DNA of 64,000 nt from Malacoraja senta (lineage: Eukaryota): NCBI GenBank assembly GCA_038087875.1, contig CM075991.1:4898001-4962000 (forward strand). Direction: 5' to 3'. Both the position numbers and the translations under genes were made by a program. The notes beneath the pieces are model-generated. The model did not search any database. It was not told the origin of the DNA and worked only from the letters and a program-made list of their open reading frames with translations. This document shows, piece after piece, positions 13,866 to 28,770 of this stretch. Each line of letters begins with the position of its first letter. Position 1 is the first letter of the stretch.

Positions 13866-14680
13866 CGCGGCAGCGGCCTCTGCAGTCTGTCTGTCTTTTT
13901 TTCCTTTTTGTCCTGTTAAGTCTATGTTTTGGTTGCTGTTTATATATCATTTTTAGCTGTGTATATGTGGGAGGGGGAGGGGGGGGCGGGGTGATGGAAA
14001 CTTCTGCGACCTTTCCTTGTAGGGTCTCCGTTGTCATTGGGGCCTAGCACCGTGGAGCGGCCTCCAACCGGAATTGACCTGGGACACCGGTCGCAGGGCC
14101 TGCAGACTCACCATCGCAGAGCTGGCCGACTTCGGAGCGTGGAGAGCTGTGGTGGCGCGTGGCTGCGACCCGACTTCGGAGCTTCGGTGGCTCCAGCTGC
14201 AGGTGCTGTGGACGGTAACATCAGTTCGCGGGTCCCTGGTGGGAGACCGCTTTTCGGAGCTCCCGCAACGGCAACTTCTCCCGCCCGAATCGCAGGGTTA
14301 AAACGACCGGGAGCGGGGCCTTACATCGCCCGGCGCGGCTTTAATGGCCGCGGGACTTACCATTTCCCGCCGGGGGCCCCAACATCAAGACCCGGAGCAG
14401 GGCCTTACATCGCCCGGCGCGGCCTTAACAGCCGTGGGACTTACCAACGCCCGCCGGGGGCTTTAACATCGGGAGAAGAATAAAGATCAGGGGAGAGACA
14501 AGACTTTGCCTTCCATCACAGTGAGGAGGTGTTTGGAGATTCACTGTGATGGATGTTTATGTAAATTGTGTTAATTGTGTGTCTTGTTTTTTTTTCTTGT
14601 TTGTATGACTGCAGAAAATGTAATTTCGTTTGAATTTAGGTTCAAATGACAATAAATGGTATTCTATTCTATTCTATTCT
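13866..14680 (+). mobile_element. Unclassified GC-rich retroposon with an (ATTCT)n tail inserted in a V-SINE
   Basis: Splits the SINE sequence aattaacct|acaaacctgtacg. Internal about 84-bp tandem duplication (14305-14470). Ends gacaataaatggt(attct)n. Related 3' piece at 55575-55810. Confidence 0.65.
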
Positions 14681-15632
14681 ACAAACCTGTACGTCTTTGG
14701 AGTGTGAGAGGAGTGTGTGAGCTCCCGGAAAAAACCCACGCGCTCACAGGTATAATGTACAAACTATGTACAGACAGCACCCATAGTCAGGCTCGAACCC
14801 GGGTCTCTGGCACTGAAAGGCAGCAACTCTACCGCTGGGCCACTGTGCCGCCCTGTGTTTTATGCAACATAATTTCAGAAATCCTATTCATTTGGACCTA
14901 GAGAGGGCAGAGTGACCAGGGTGGTCTTGATAGAGAGTGCAGGGTAATCTCTGAGAGAACAGGGTGTTTTTCCTAACTCCAACTTCTGACAGCCACTGTT
15001 CTCCCCACCACATTGTTTTTTACCAATATTCCTCCCCATCCGTTCTCCACCTCCCGACTCACCTGAGCTGTAATAATGAGAATAGTTCCAAGCCTAACAA
15101 AATGTTCACAAATAATACCAGAATGGTCAGGCAGCATCTCTGGAGAAAAAGGATTGGTGTCGTTTCCCTTCTTTGGACCCGACCCGAAACATCACCCGCC
15201 CATTTTCTCGAGAGATGCTGCCTGACCAGCGGAGTTACTCTAGCATTTTATGTCTTGGGTATACTGTGATTTTACGAGTGGGAATCATAAGAAGTCTCAC
15301 CAATAAATAGCAAAATGTAATTATATATCTTATATTTTAAGAAACAATATGAGATGGAAGTCATATCTTGGAGCTACATGTATAGCTCGATACACTCCTT
15401 TTGAAGATTTTCTGAATCGCAACGACATCTTAAACCAGCATTCAGTGTTTCTAATCTGTGAGCAGCTTATGCCACTTCCATTCTACATACAATCCAAATG
15501 CAGAAGAATATCCACAAATCCCTGGATATGCTCATCCTGATGTGTTCATTTGTATGTTTACAGGCAAGTTTGGAATGTATCTTTTGTATGCTGCAATAGA
15601 TAGAGGTGCAGGAATCCAAGAAAGAGTGTTGA

Positions 15633-15782
<150 letters not shown>

Positions 15783-15977
15783 AAAGAAGGCAATTCTCCA
15801 AAAACTTTCAAAGAGGAAGTTAAGCATTAGATAATACCTGCTGGTGAAACCTCTTCACTTCTGTTGATTAAGTACTAACAAAGATCGATAAGATGGTATT
15901 ATTTTGCTGTTTGACCACACAGGTTAATTAAAAAATAATGTATAATAAGGGATAACCCTTACCTTTGTCATGATTGC

Positions 15978-15983
15978 AATAAA
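15978..15983 (+). terminator. Candidate polyadenylation signal of PEBP4
   Basis: AATAAA about 200 nt after the stop codon of the terminal exon. Confidence 0.5.
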
Positions 15984-18900
15984 AACTGAATTTGAAGTAT
16001 TTTATCATCAGTAACAGGAACAGAAAATTCCATGATATTTAGATACATAATCTGTAACTCTGTGATTTACTTTCTACATACACAGAACATAGAACAGTAC
16101 CTCAGTCAGTCATGACCGAGGGGGGCCTACTAGAACGGTACAGCACAGGAACAGACCTTTCATCCCTGTGTTTGTGCCAAACATGGTGTTAAATTTAACT
16201 GATCTCATCAACCTGTACATGATCCACATCCCTCACTTCCCTGCACTTCCATGTGCCTTTCTAAAAGCCTCTTAAACACCATTATCGTGTCTAACCCCAC
16301 CACCACCCATGGCAATGCATTCCAGGCCTCCACTGCCCTCTGTGGAAGAAAACTTCCCCCGCATATCTCCATTAAACTTTCCCATTTTACATATTCATAC
16401 TAAGAAACAATGATGGACTGCACTTTCTTCCAGGCATTTTCAAATCATACGATAGGTCTCATGTGACTAGAAAAGTCAGCAATCAGATGTTGCCATGAGA
16501 GATTACTTCCAGGCCCCAATAGTACCACCTATACTGGTTGACACCAGGTCAATGGGTCATGTAGATCTCTGTACATTTTGGTCCACACTAGACAGAATGT
16601 GTTGGCAATATTAATGTGGAATATAATTAGCTCATAAGGGAATGTTATGAAAAGGTTTTGGGGAGATATGTAAGAAAAAACTGCGGAGGCTGGTTTAAAT
16701 CGAAGGTAGACACAAAATGCTGGAGTAACTCATCGGGTGAGGCAGCATCTCTGGAGAGAAGGAAAGGGCGACGTTTCGGGTCGAGACCCTTGTTCAGTCC
16801 GAAAAGTTGCCCATTCCTTCTCTCCAGATAGGCTGCCTCACCCGCTGAGTTACTCCAGTATTTTGTGTCTACCTTTTGGGGTGATATGTTGGCGTGAGAT
16901 GTCTAATTAAATCTACTTGATGGTGGAGAGATGCTTTTATGTTCTCTTTATTTTTGCAATGAATTTATTAAGGGATATAAGAGTTTCTGTTCTGTTTTGA
17001 CCAAACAATCTTATGATTCTCCAAACAAAAGGTATGGAGTAAAAAGTAGGCCAAACTACTATTTAAAACAAGCGTAACTATCACATCACAGCTGTAGATG
17101 AGCACACTTTGGTACGAACCTATGCACTGATCATATTTGCACAAGATTGTAAGACAATTACAATGAAGAAATGTATTTTCCCTGTGTTAGTTCATTGTCT
17201 GTGGAAATTCACCCATGGTAACACCTGATTGCAATTTATCTTTTACGTTGATCAACCGGAGCGTGATAATAAAAAATCCTGACTTCATTGCCTTCCATTT
17301 ACTTGAATCTGTGCATCCTTGTTCCGTTCCACGATTTAGTTATATAAATTATCCGGTTTCATCTTTCCCTAGTCAGTTATATAAAACACAACTTAAATTC
17401 ATCCATTCTAGAATGGAAGGCTAAGTATCTATTTTTTGAATAATCTTTCCACAAGTGTCCTTTTCCCACCCAACTCCTTACATCCATGTTACTGCATTCA
17501 TCTGAGTAAATGAGGGCAGTGGAGAATGTGAGTATATCTAGTCTCAGTCCCAGCACAAAATGTGGAATTGCATACCAGACCATCTCACACCCTGTTTGCA
17601 CTTTCAATCGTGAAAATTTGCTCGTACATTTTATAAACGATAAAAACGTTTGAGACTTCAGTGAATGTTACTTAGCTACCTGATTGGCTTATCAGGACTA
17701 ACTAATTTTCTTATTAATTGAAGTAAACATAATTCTTAAGTTTCAAGATTTGGGTAATGTCAAAACGCATGAATTTTGTAAGTTCCTTTGATATGAATTG
17801 ATTTTTGATAAAAACCATTAAGGTCGACAAAATAAAACACTACGCTGTCATGGATTTAGCTGAGATCTGTTATGCAAACTACTAAATCGCACTTGGTTTA
17901 TTCTTCTGAAGGAGTTTCAATTTTATTCACTTTTCCTTTCTGTGACCCTTTCTGTAGTTTCTAATCAAAGCAATGAATAAAGCACTGCTTGATGTAGTGA
18001 AAATACAACCAGCCTTTTCATCACATAGATGTAACTAAATCAGACAGAATTTATTTCTTCTTTTTCCCCATTCACTACATTGGTATCAGCTCTGGTTTTG
18101 CTTTTTTACTTTAGTTTAGTTTTCAGATATAGGGCGGAAACTGGCCTTTTGGCCCACCGAGTTCATGCTGACCAGTGATTCCCTTACACTAACACACTAG
18201 GGACAATTTACAATTTTACCAAGCCAATTAGCCTATAAACCTGTACATCTTTGGAGTGTGGGAGGAAACCGGAGCACCCGGGGAAAACCCGCACAGTTCA
18301 CAGGGAGAACGTACAAACTCTGTACAGACAGCACCCATAGTCAGGATCGAACCTGTGTCCCTATATTTGTAAGGCAGTAACTCTACTGCTGCGCCTCTGT
18401 GCCACCCAAAGCATATTGAAAGGGTGCAATGTGCATGTTGAATAAAAGGCACCTTGCATTTTTGCATTGTTCTACATTGGAAAATATTCCACATGGGACC
18501 AAGGCCATGACCAGGGCAAAATAAAGAGGGCGGCACCCCCCACTAAATAAGACAGGGCCAAAGGGTGATTTTTACCAAGGGTCAGGACTTGGTTGTTGAA
18601 CAGTGGTTCGCTATTATCTGTGCTGGATTTAGATGAAGAGAGGCCCTAGGCTGTTCCACTTGTGAGGCCCCTCCCAATCCCCCACCCCCACGACTAGAAG
18701 AAGATGGAACAGTCCACCAGATTGACACCGATTTGCAGCCGAGCGTGTCCAATGAGATAAGGGGCTGGAAAGCTGCGCGTTTTATTTATTTATTTATTGC
18801 CAGTGCTAGTGTTGAGTTATCGGCTTAAAACACTATTATTCTGAAATGGAGGGCAAGGAAAATTACTGAAGGATTTAGAGACTACAGTGCGTTGTGACAG

Positions 18901-21900
18901 CATATGTAAGAAAGGCCTGTGACAGTGTCAAAAATATTATACACTTGGCCGGAGGCCCCCTGGATTTCGAGGCTCTAGGCTTTAGCCTATGAAGCCTAAT
19001 GGTAAATTCAGCTCTGGCTATTATCCTTGTTAGATGGAAGTAATTTGTTCTAACACAGTCTGCTCTGTCCATCCCCAGCAATTGTCTCTTAATTGCCCTT
19101 CAAAGTGGCCCAGCAAGCCAACAATCCAACAACAATCAGGGATGAGCAATAACCTCGACAGCGACTGAATGCATAAAATTAAAATCCTCCTCCGCTCTCC
19201 GTCTCTTAATTTAAACTGGGTCTTGTGAAGATTCAGTAATGGCAGGATAATCATTGAACAGAGAAACCATTATTAATTATTACCCATTATTACCAATCAA
19301 ATGAGCCAACACAGTGGGGTCTGGGGATGATAGTGCCTTTGTTAAACATTTCTTAGTATGTCAGGTACTTCCTCTTCAAAGTTTATTGTGAGGTTGATGA
19401 AGTACGTTACCAGCTTTAGCACAGCTGTGGCCTCATGGATTGCTCTCTGGCCTCTGGGTCAGTAGGTTTCACGTTCAAAAACTATTTTCGAGATTTGTGC
19501 ACAAAATCCTAGCCTGACATGCTGAGGATCTACAGGATATTGAAGGTAGCATCACTTGGATGAGACGGTAAACGGAGGCTCTGTCTGCTCTCAGGTGGGT
19601 ATAAGAGGTCTTTTGGAACTATTTTGATGATCAGCAGGTAAGTTAGGAAGTAAACAGAAAACATAGCGTAGAAATAAACAAGTCTTCATCCGGTGGCAGG
19701 TACTGACTAGCAGGGTGCCACAGGGATTATTGCTTAGCCCCCAGCTATTTACAATATGTATCAGTGATCTGGATGATGTAACCAAATGCAACATCTATAG
19801 GTTTGCATACAACAGAAAGCTGGAGCGGATGTATGAATAATAAAGGGGATGCAAAGAGACAGTGTGGGTTAAATAAATTGAGTGATTGGACAAATGCATG
19901 GAATATGTTCTTCCGGGATGCTGACTGACCCGCTGGGTAATTCCAGCACTTAGCCTTTTTTTTCCGTAAACCAACATCTGCAGTTCCTCGTGTCTGACCC
20001 GAATAATTGTGAGGTTATCCTGTTTGTTCATAAGTTCAAAAGTCGTAGGAGCAGAATGAGGCTATTCTGCTCCCCGAGTCCACTCCACCATTTAATTATG
20101 GCTGATCCATCTTTTCCTCTCAACCACAGAAAAGTTACCTTCTATCCAACAGCCATCTGTTGCAATGAATTCCAGAAATTCCTCCTCATCTTTCTAAAGG
20201 TACGTCCTTTTATTCTGAGGCTGTGCCCTCTGGTCCGAGACTCTCTCACTAATGGAAACATTCTTTCCACATCCACTCTACCCAGGCCTTTCACAATTCG
20301 GTAAGTTTCAATGAGGTACCCCCTCATCCTTCTGAACTCCAGCGAGTACAGGCCCAGTACATCAAAAGCTCCCACTTTCTAAAAACATCTGCTAATTTCT
20401 GACGTTTTTCCTGTCCTGTTCTTTGTCTTACATAAAACAATCACTGGTTTATCGGAGGATCTCACCATATTCTACCATGAATTATTGCTCGTTCAGTCAC
20501 CTCACCCGGGCACGGTGGTGAAGCAGTAGAGTTGCTGCCTTACAGCGCCAGGTACCCAGGTTCGTTCCTGACTGCGGGTGCTGTCTGTATGGAGTTTGTA
20601 CATTTTCCATGTGACCAGGTGGGTTTTCTCTGGGAGCTCCGGTTTATTCCCACACTCCAAAGATGTACAGGTTAATTGGCATGGTAAAATTGTCCCTAGT
20701 GTGTAGGATTGTGTTTATGTGTGGGGATAGCTGGTCGGAGCAGCCTACAAGGGCCTGTTTCCACGCTTTGTCTCTAAACTAAAAACTAAACAGCAGACAG
20801 CAAAGAGATCCCCTCCTGAGAGACAGACTCCTGTCCACCAGCTGCCAGCTGATCTTGCTCCCAACCTGCTCGGTGCTCCATCCTCGAGGTCTCAGTTGGA
20901 GATCCCTAATATTAATACTCCTTTACAGCTGGTGCACTGAGTTCCACATAGCGGGAGGCTCAGGCCCATGGGCATGCGAATGAACTGGCTCTTCAGGGAC
21001 AACAGTGGAAACACAAGAGGACAGGCAGTGCAACAATATCAGCAACACAGGTGACTCACCAACACCTGCGGAGCTAAAACAATTGCTCTATTCATTCACA
21101 ACATTTGGCCACTGCTGGCAAGGTTTCTGTTTGTCACATTTTCCAGTTTTTCCAATTTCTCCCTTCTCCATTTTTGCCTGAACTAGGTGCCTGTTGGTTT
21201 ATTTCACAGGGCATTGAAGAGTTAACTGTCGTGATGTGTGCTGCCCATGGCCACTTCGATCCAAAATTGGGAAGGACAAAAATCAAGCAGTGGTTTCATG
21301 CACACATCAAGATGTCTTGCCTGGCAGTTAACTGCAGATGCTGGTTTACACCAAAGATAGACACAAAATTCTGGAGTAACTCAGCGGGTCAGTCAGCATC
21401 TCTGGAGAAAAAGAATGGGTGACGTTTCTGGTCTGAAGACGGGTTTGCCCAACCTTTTCTCTTGAGTTACACCAGCACTTTGTGTCTAACTTCCACATCA
21501 AGATATATTTGAACAATTGTGTTTTAATTCCACCAGTTGCCATGTTGGGATTTGGTCTCTTATCATTGGATCGCTAATGCAGGAATAATGGAGTTATGGA
21601 TCCATTGTTCAATGCATGCTCTCCTCCCCCACATTTATCTCACCTTCCTGCTGGGATGGCAAATGGGTACGCGCTTTAGTGGTCAACCACTAATCAATGG
21701 AAGGCCAATGACAAGTTGTGACTTCTGCCACCTCACCTTCTGGTTGGGAACAATGGGAAGAGGAAGGGGCACAGGAAATCGGGTGCCACCTGATAGACGA
21801 ATGGAGATGGAAAATCCTCCCCAGCTGAGAGTGCTGAATGCACAATCTATTGACGGGACTGAATATCAAAAGTGGAGTTCAAAATACGAAGCATGATCTG

Positions 21901-23099
21901 GAAAGGCGGAGGTTGCGAGGAGACCTGGTGAAGAATATAACATTTTGAGAGGCATAGATAGGGTAGACAGTCAGAACATTTTTTCCCAGGATGGAAAATC
22001 TCAAATACTAGAGGACATAGATTTAAGATGCGAAGGGGAAAGTTTAAAGGAGATGTGCAGGGTAACTTTTTTACACAGAGAGTGATAAGTGCCTGGAACG
22101 CATTGCAAGGGGTGGTGGTGGAGGCAGATACGATAGTGGCATTTAAGAGGCTTTTGGATAGGCATAAGGATATGCAGGTAATGGAGTGATATGAATTATG
22201 CATAGGTAGATAAGAGATGGTCTTTGCATCATAATCGACACAGACATTGTTCTTGTGCTGTACTGTTCTATGTTCTACGATATATAGCATATTCAGCAGA
22301 GGGTGAAATATTATACTATGGCCTTTTAGCCAGCAGGAAAAGGGGAGAGAGTAAACACCATTAAAGTCCAGCGACATACGGACTCTACCAAGAAGAGGTA
22401 AAAGGACGGCCTGGTGACGCAGCAGTAGACTTGCTGCCTTAAAGTGACAACAACCCGGATTCGATTCTGACTATAGGTGCTGTCTGTACGGCGCTTGTAC
22501 ATTCTCCCTGTGAACACGTGGGTTTACTGGTCGATTAATTGACTTCTGTAAATTGTGCCTAGTGTGTAGAATAGAACTAGTGAGTGGGTGATCATTGGTC
22601 AGCACGCACCCAGTGGGCCAAGGGGCTGTTTCCATGCTGTATCTCTAAAAAAGAAAAGTGCATAGAAGTGAAAATAGATGTTTCATCAGTGCAAAGGACC
22701 TTGGAGGCAGGGAGTGAGGGAGAGGGAGCACAGACCCACTGTGCTGTTGCAGGAACCATAAGTGAATGGGAACTTTGGCTGCACACCTCAGTCCGAAACA
22801 CAGGCTTTGCTCAGCGTAGGTTGTCCACATGGACTCGTGCAAGGACTCCGTGGAACTTTGTTCTTCTGCTGGTTTCATCTCCCTGCCCTTGACAAATGTC
22901 TGTGAGAAAATGTGAAACTAACGTGTGAGTCAGAGAGACTTTCCTTGTCATCTTATCAATTCCTGACGACCCAGTTTCTGGTTTTTGCTCTATGCATGGT
23001 TGCAGTGGCAGTTTCTCCTTCTGTGCCTGCACAGTAACCACAGACATGTGGGTTTTGCCTCTAGTGTGTAGGAGGGAGGTGGATGAGAAACTGGCAAAA

Positions 23100-23452
23100 C
23101 TATGGACAAGCTAAATGCAGGAAAAATGTTCCCAATGTTGGGCGAGTCCTGAACCAGGGGCCACAGTCTTAGAATAAAGGGGAGGCCATTTAAGACTGAG
23201 GTGAGAAAAAACGTTTTCACCCAGAGAGTTGTGAATTTGTGGAATTCCATGCCACAGAGGGCAGTGGAGGCCGAATCAGTGGATGGATTTAAGAGGGAGT
23301 TAGATAGAGCTCTAGGGGCCAGTGGAATCAAGGGGTATGGGGAGAAGGCAGGCACGGGTTATTGATTGGGGACGATCAGCCATGATCACATTGAATGGCG
23401 GTGCTGGCTCAAAGGGCCAAATGGCCTCCTGCACCTATTTTCTATGTTTCTA
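23100..23452 (+). mobile_element. CR1 3' fragment nested in a V-SINE tail
   Basis: Reverse complement of the 5757-6090 sequence, ending ctattttctatgtttcta. Confidence 0.88.
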
Positions 23453-24719
23453 ACTTAGAACTAGTGTGAACAGGTGATCGATGGCCGGTGTGGACTGAAA
23501 GGCTTTTTCCCATGATGAACTAGATTTCCCATATCACAGTTCCATGCTGTCTGAGCAAACGTCTCCGACCATCCATCCCATAAAGCATCCTCCAGTTCTG
23601 GAGCACCTGTGGCAAACATTCCTTCCACACCTCAATGAAGCTAACCTCCCTCAGATTCTCCCTATCAACATTGTACTTTTCTACTTCTCCATTGAGTAAT
23701 AGAAAGCATATCCAAACATTCTTTACTCCAATCTCCCATCTGTTACTGACCACTGTTGACGGTCTTTGTAACGCAGATTTATTTTCCAAGTAGTGTTTTC
23801 CAAGTACTGCTGCTCAGAACTGATTGCAACTATAATATTCACCTATACCTCAATCCCTACAAAGGTCCTTACCCATTAGTACCTCCTGGATTATTCCTGC
23901 TTCAAACAGCAAAGCCTACGTCCCTCTGCATATGCAGATTTAATTTCTGATGAAAGATTTGACTTTACTTGGAATATCATATCAGGCCAGCAATGGGGGA
24001 AAAACTCATTAACATTCATCTGTCTTTCAGAGAAATCGGCTTTTCACTCAGTACAGTAATAGTATGATTATGCTTGTTGGCAAGAATCCTAACCACATCT
24101 ATTCAGATTACTACACTCCTCCAGGTTGTTTGCAAGCCCAGTTACAACTCCCACTGACTTTCTAATCCTCTAGTTTATCTCATTCTCAGGTGCTCAATCT
24201 TCTGCAACTGTAATTCCTACTGAAATAAACAGATCACCCCCCCTCCCCCCCTCCCCCCCTCCCCCCCCCCCTCAACATGACTGATGCCCCAAACCATCCC
24301 TCTAGCTAAGCCATATCTTTCCATTTCTACTGCCAGAGACGTGTGTTTCAGATGTGAATCTGCAGCAGCTGTTTCTGATGTTAGTCAGCATTTTCATAGC
24401 CATGAAAAGTACACCAGAGAGTAGTGTTCATTTTATTTTTGCAACATTCTATCTCCCCTCGCTTCTGTTTAATTCAGTCCAATTCACCTCCACGCCACTG
24501 GTGACATTGGACCTTGTCTATGGAATTGATGCATTACAATGCTAACTATATTCTGCACTCTGTATTTCTTTAGTTTGTTATTGTCACATGTCCCGAGGTA
24601 CATTGTAAAGCTTTCCAGCAGCCCTTTGTATTCTGGGCTGGTGTCGTGACCAAATGCATCCACTGCGTTCAGTTATATAAAAGGCTACAGCTGCATGGCC
24701 ATGTAATATGGATGCCGAC

Positions 24720-25960
24720 TCTCTCTAGTGTGAAGTGCACCCATTCAATCAGATGGGAAAGGTGGATGAAGTCAGGGCATGGATAGATACCTGGGACTGG
24801 GATATCATAGCCATTACAGAAGCATGTCTAAGGGAAGGACATGACTGGCAACTTAATGTTCCAGGGTACAGGTACTAGTCGGGATTGAGGTGGGGGAAAG
24901 TGAGGAGGGGTTTGCATTTTTGATTAAGGAGAACTTCAAAGCAGTAAACTAAAATAAAATTACTGAGGGATAGTCCAGTGAGGCTCGATGGGCTAAGTTG
25001 AGATATAAGGAATGGATGATCACCATGTTGGCTTTGTAATATGGACCCTAAATAGTTGACGGGACATAGAGGAACAAACATGCAGGAAAGTGACATCATG
25101 TTGCAAGAATAATAGGGTGGTCATTGCAGGGGAATTTAACTTTCTTAATATATACTGAGACTGCCATAGTGTGAAGGGTGTTGATGGGTAGGGGAAGATA
25201 GATTTTGTTGAGAAAGTATTCAAGAAAGTTTCCTCTGGCAATACATACCAGGAAGAGGGCAAATCTTGGGAAATGGGGCAGAGCAAGTGACTGAGGTGCC
25301 ATTGGGGGAGCACTTTGGGACCGGTGACCATAGTGTTTATAAACATTTAAGGAAAAGGATAGATCTGGTCCACAATTGAAATTTCTACATTGGGGCAAGG
25401 TGAATTATGACGGTATTAACCAGGAGCTTGCAAAGGTTGATTTGAGCAGGTTGTTTGAGGGCAAATGGACAAGCGGCAAGGCCTTAAAAAGTGTTTAAAG
25501 CCTTGCCGCTAGTTTAAAGAGAGTTCAAGATCTGCATGTTCCTGTTGTGTGAAGGGAAGACTGGCAGGAGTATGAAACCATGCATGACAAGAGACATTGA
25601 GGCTATGGTAAGAAAAACAAGGAGGCATGAGTCAGTTACAAGTAGCTGGGATCAAGTGAATCCCTGGAGGAGTATAGGGGGCTGTAGGAGGATACTTAAG
25701 AAGGAAACCAGAAGGGCAAAAAGGGGGGATGAGATAGCTTGAGAAGTTGAAGGAGAATCCAAAGAGATATTGCAAGTATATTCAAGGACAAAAGAGTAAC
25801 TAAGAGAATAGGGCCCCTCAAAGATCAAAGTGGGCAAGGTCCTCAATGAGAACTTCACCTCTGTTTTTATCATGGAGGTCCTCAATGAGTCCTCAATGAG
25901 TACTTCAGCTTTTATCATGGAGAAAGAATTGAAGACGAGGGAACAGAGGAACATTAATGC
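24720..25960 (+). mobile_element. Old CR1 ORF2 (endonuclease/tether region) relic
   Basis: Degenerate WD.DIIAITE, GDFNF, GEHFGTGDH and PCMTRDIE motifs with many stops. Confidence 0.7.
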
Positions 25961-27470
25961 GTATGCCTTTGGAATAGTCCATCACTAGAGGTGTTGCTGG
26001 ACATCTTAAAATGTATGAAGGCCTCGTGTACAATATTACTGAACATCTTTGCAAGCACATTAAAAAATTTTGTGATACTTTTTATCGCCAATATGTACAG
26101 TGGAATTTTTATTTTCAATGCCCTCCATAACTTTTCAATGAACCAAACAAATCGTGCAAAAACTTTTAGCGAAAGGATTTTCATCCAGTAACTTTTCTTT
26201 CTGATCATGAATGATCTGAAAAATGCTAAACACATAACTAGCAAAAAGAAATTCCAACATTTACTAATGACGTTTTATCGTGGGAGAACTTGGGAAATAA
26301 TTGCTTACAATCCCAGGAGAGTTTGAAACAAACTAGAGAAGATGTCAGCTGGGGCCGGTTTAAAATAGGAACAAGTGGGGAAGCTGTTGAGAGGTGTGAC
26401 AGACTCAACCATGGGTGGAGTGTCATCTCTGCCTTTGGTTTAACTCGTACCTTGAGCCTGAAGTTCTCAGTCCAAAAGGTGAAGGTTCAAGTAAAATATT
26501 TTTCTCAACTGAACCGTTTTTAGAACCCAATGGAAAATTTTCAATTTGTTTAGCTTTGCTTAGTTTGTTATTATTATTGTTATGTGTAACAAGGTACAGT
26601 GAAAATCTTTTTTGTTACGTGCTATCCAGTCAAAGAAAAGATTATACAGCAAACCCTCATTTTTACGGACCTGTTTATAATGGATTTCGGTTATAGCAGA
26701 CGGAGCTACCGATCTTCACCACCAGACCAGCCTGCCGACATCGGCCCCCAGTCTGCCATTTGCTATATTAAGACCTTGGAGCTTCGTAGGTTCCCATTGT
26801 ACAGAGCTTGCACAGTGAAAGTGCAACTCGTCACAGGGAAGGGTGTTGCAAGTTGAAAAATAAAGGAAGTCTACAAAGCAATACGCCACCGCACAAGGGA
26901 ACAAAACCTGCATGTCATCAGAGTTAAATAACCAAAGGAAAGGAAACAAGCAATTTAATTTGAGCAGTTTTAGCAAACTTCATTTGATGACTTGTAAAGC
27001 ACAACCTTTGCTACACCTTAGTGATGAAGCTAGAATGAGAGTGTATACATTCTGCATGTTCAAGTTACAGGAGACTTTAGATCCGAATGTTGAAACATTT
27101 AATTCACTCTTTTTCTCTCTCTTTTTGTCCTTCTCTCTAAACTTTCTTTGTCTCTTGTTCTTTCTTTCTCCCTTTCTCTATATTTCTCTCTTTCTTTCTC
27201 TCTTTTTCTCTCTTTCTTTTGCTCTCCCTCTCCCTCATGATCCATTTTTCCAACTCTGTCCATGTTGGTGCAGCTGCAGGATAATGTTGACAGATGTTGG
27301 GAGCTGGGCAACAGGAGGAGGGAGCTCCCTGCCCTCGCCTGGTGGGATCTGCTGAGCTCCCTCTCGGAGAAGCTAGGGTGGAGAAAGCATCTAATCTGAG
27401 AGAAATCCAATAGCAGCTGCCCAAGCTTTGCCCTCTAATAGTGCAGCTGCCAGGGTTTAAAGCCCAATTA

Positions 27471-28099
27471 AGGGCCTGTCCCACTTGGCCGTCATTTGCG
27501 CTCCATTTACGCGACCTGGTAGCTTGTGGGTAGCGCGGAGTGGCGTGGAGGAGTGTGGAGTTGCGCGCGGTATCACGCAGCGCTCCAGGATTTCGTCCTG
27601 TACGAAATCTTCGCGCGCCACCGGCCTGTCGCGTAAATGACACCCAAGTGGGACAGGGTGACGTTTCGGGTCGAATGGGTGACGTTTTGGGTCGAGACCC
27701 TTCTTCAGACAGAGACATCATCCATTCCTTCTCTCCAGAGATGCTGCCGGTCAGGCTGAGTTACTCCTGCATTTTGTGTCTATCTTCAATTTAAACCAGC
27801 ATCTGCAGTTCCTTCCCACAGATTAATTTGGTCTGCAGCTTGCTACTTTTCATTCAGTTCTTTTTTTGAATAGGGGCATTACATCTGCAATTTTTCCAAT
27901 TGCTAGCACCACTCAAGAAACTGGAACATTTTAGAAAATCACCATAAATATCATAAACTGGGTAAATATCATAAACTGGGTATTTAAATGACGTCACGCG
28001 CTCCAGACGTCTGTGCGGACGCATGATGATGCGTGCGACTGTCGCGCGTCAGTCACTACCGGCCTGTTGCGCAAATGACGGCCAAGTGGGACAGGCCCT
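27471..28099. mobile_element. Two copies or pieces of the same MITE (27471-27657 and about 27985-28099) with a Penelope-derived repeat between
   Basis: Same TIR AGGGCCTGTCCCACTTGG; left end preceded by TTA. Confidence 0.75.
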
Positions 28100-28770
28100 A
28101 TACTCTCATGGACACTGGAGAGTCATTGTTTTGCTGATCCATTGACAGAAAGCCTCTACACTCACCACGGCTGCCTCCTCCCACTCTGCCTCTTTAATCA
28201 ATGAACACAATTTGTCACACTTTCTGATATTTGGCCACATGATAGCGTCTCTTTCCCCTGGGTGTGTGCCTGTGACAACATGGAGAGGTGACGTTTCAAT
28301 CCTGACTACGGGTGTTGTCTGTACGGAGTGTGTACGTTCTCCCTGTGACCATACGGGTTTTCTCTGACAGCTTCGTTTTCCTCCCACACTCCAAAGAATT
28401 GCAGATTTGTAGGTTAATTGGGTTCTGTAAATTGTCCGTTCAGTATAGTTGTAGGTGGTTGTTGCTCGGTGGGTACTCATTGGGCCAAAGGGCCTGTTTC
28501 CACGCTAAATCTCTTAAACTAAACCTAAACTGAGACATGATATCTATTTCTCTTCCCACGATGTTGCCTGAGCCACTGATTTCCACCATTTTTTGTTTTC
28601 ATTCTAACAACAAACTAACAAAGGTCATTCACCTCAGTGTAGAATCGCTGCCGGCATCTTTCCCACATCCGAATCTCTCCTGTGCTGCAAAACCAACTAA
28701 TTCGCAGGAGAAAACATTGGGACCTTACCAAGTAAATATCACCTTACCAAGCATTCCCCCCAAACTTCAG

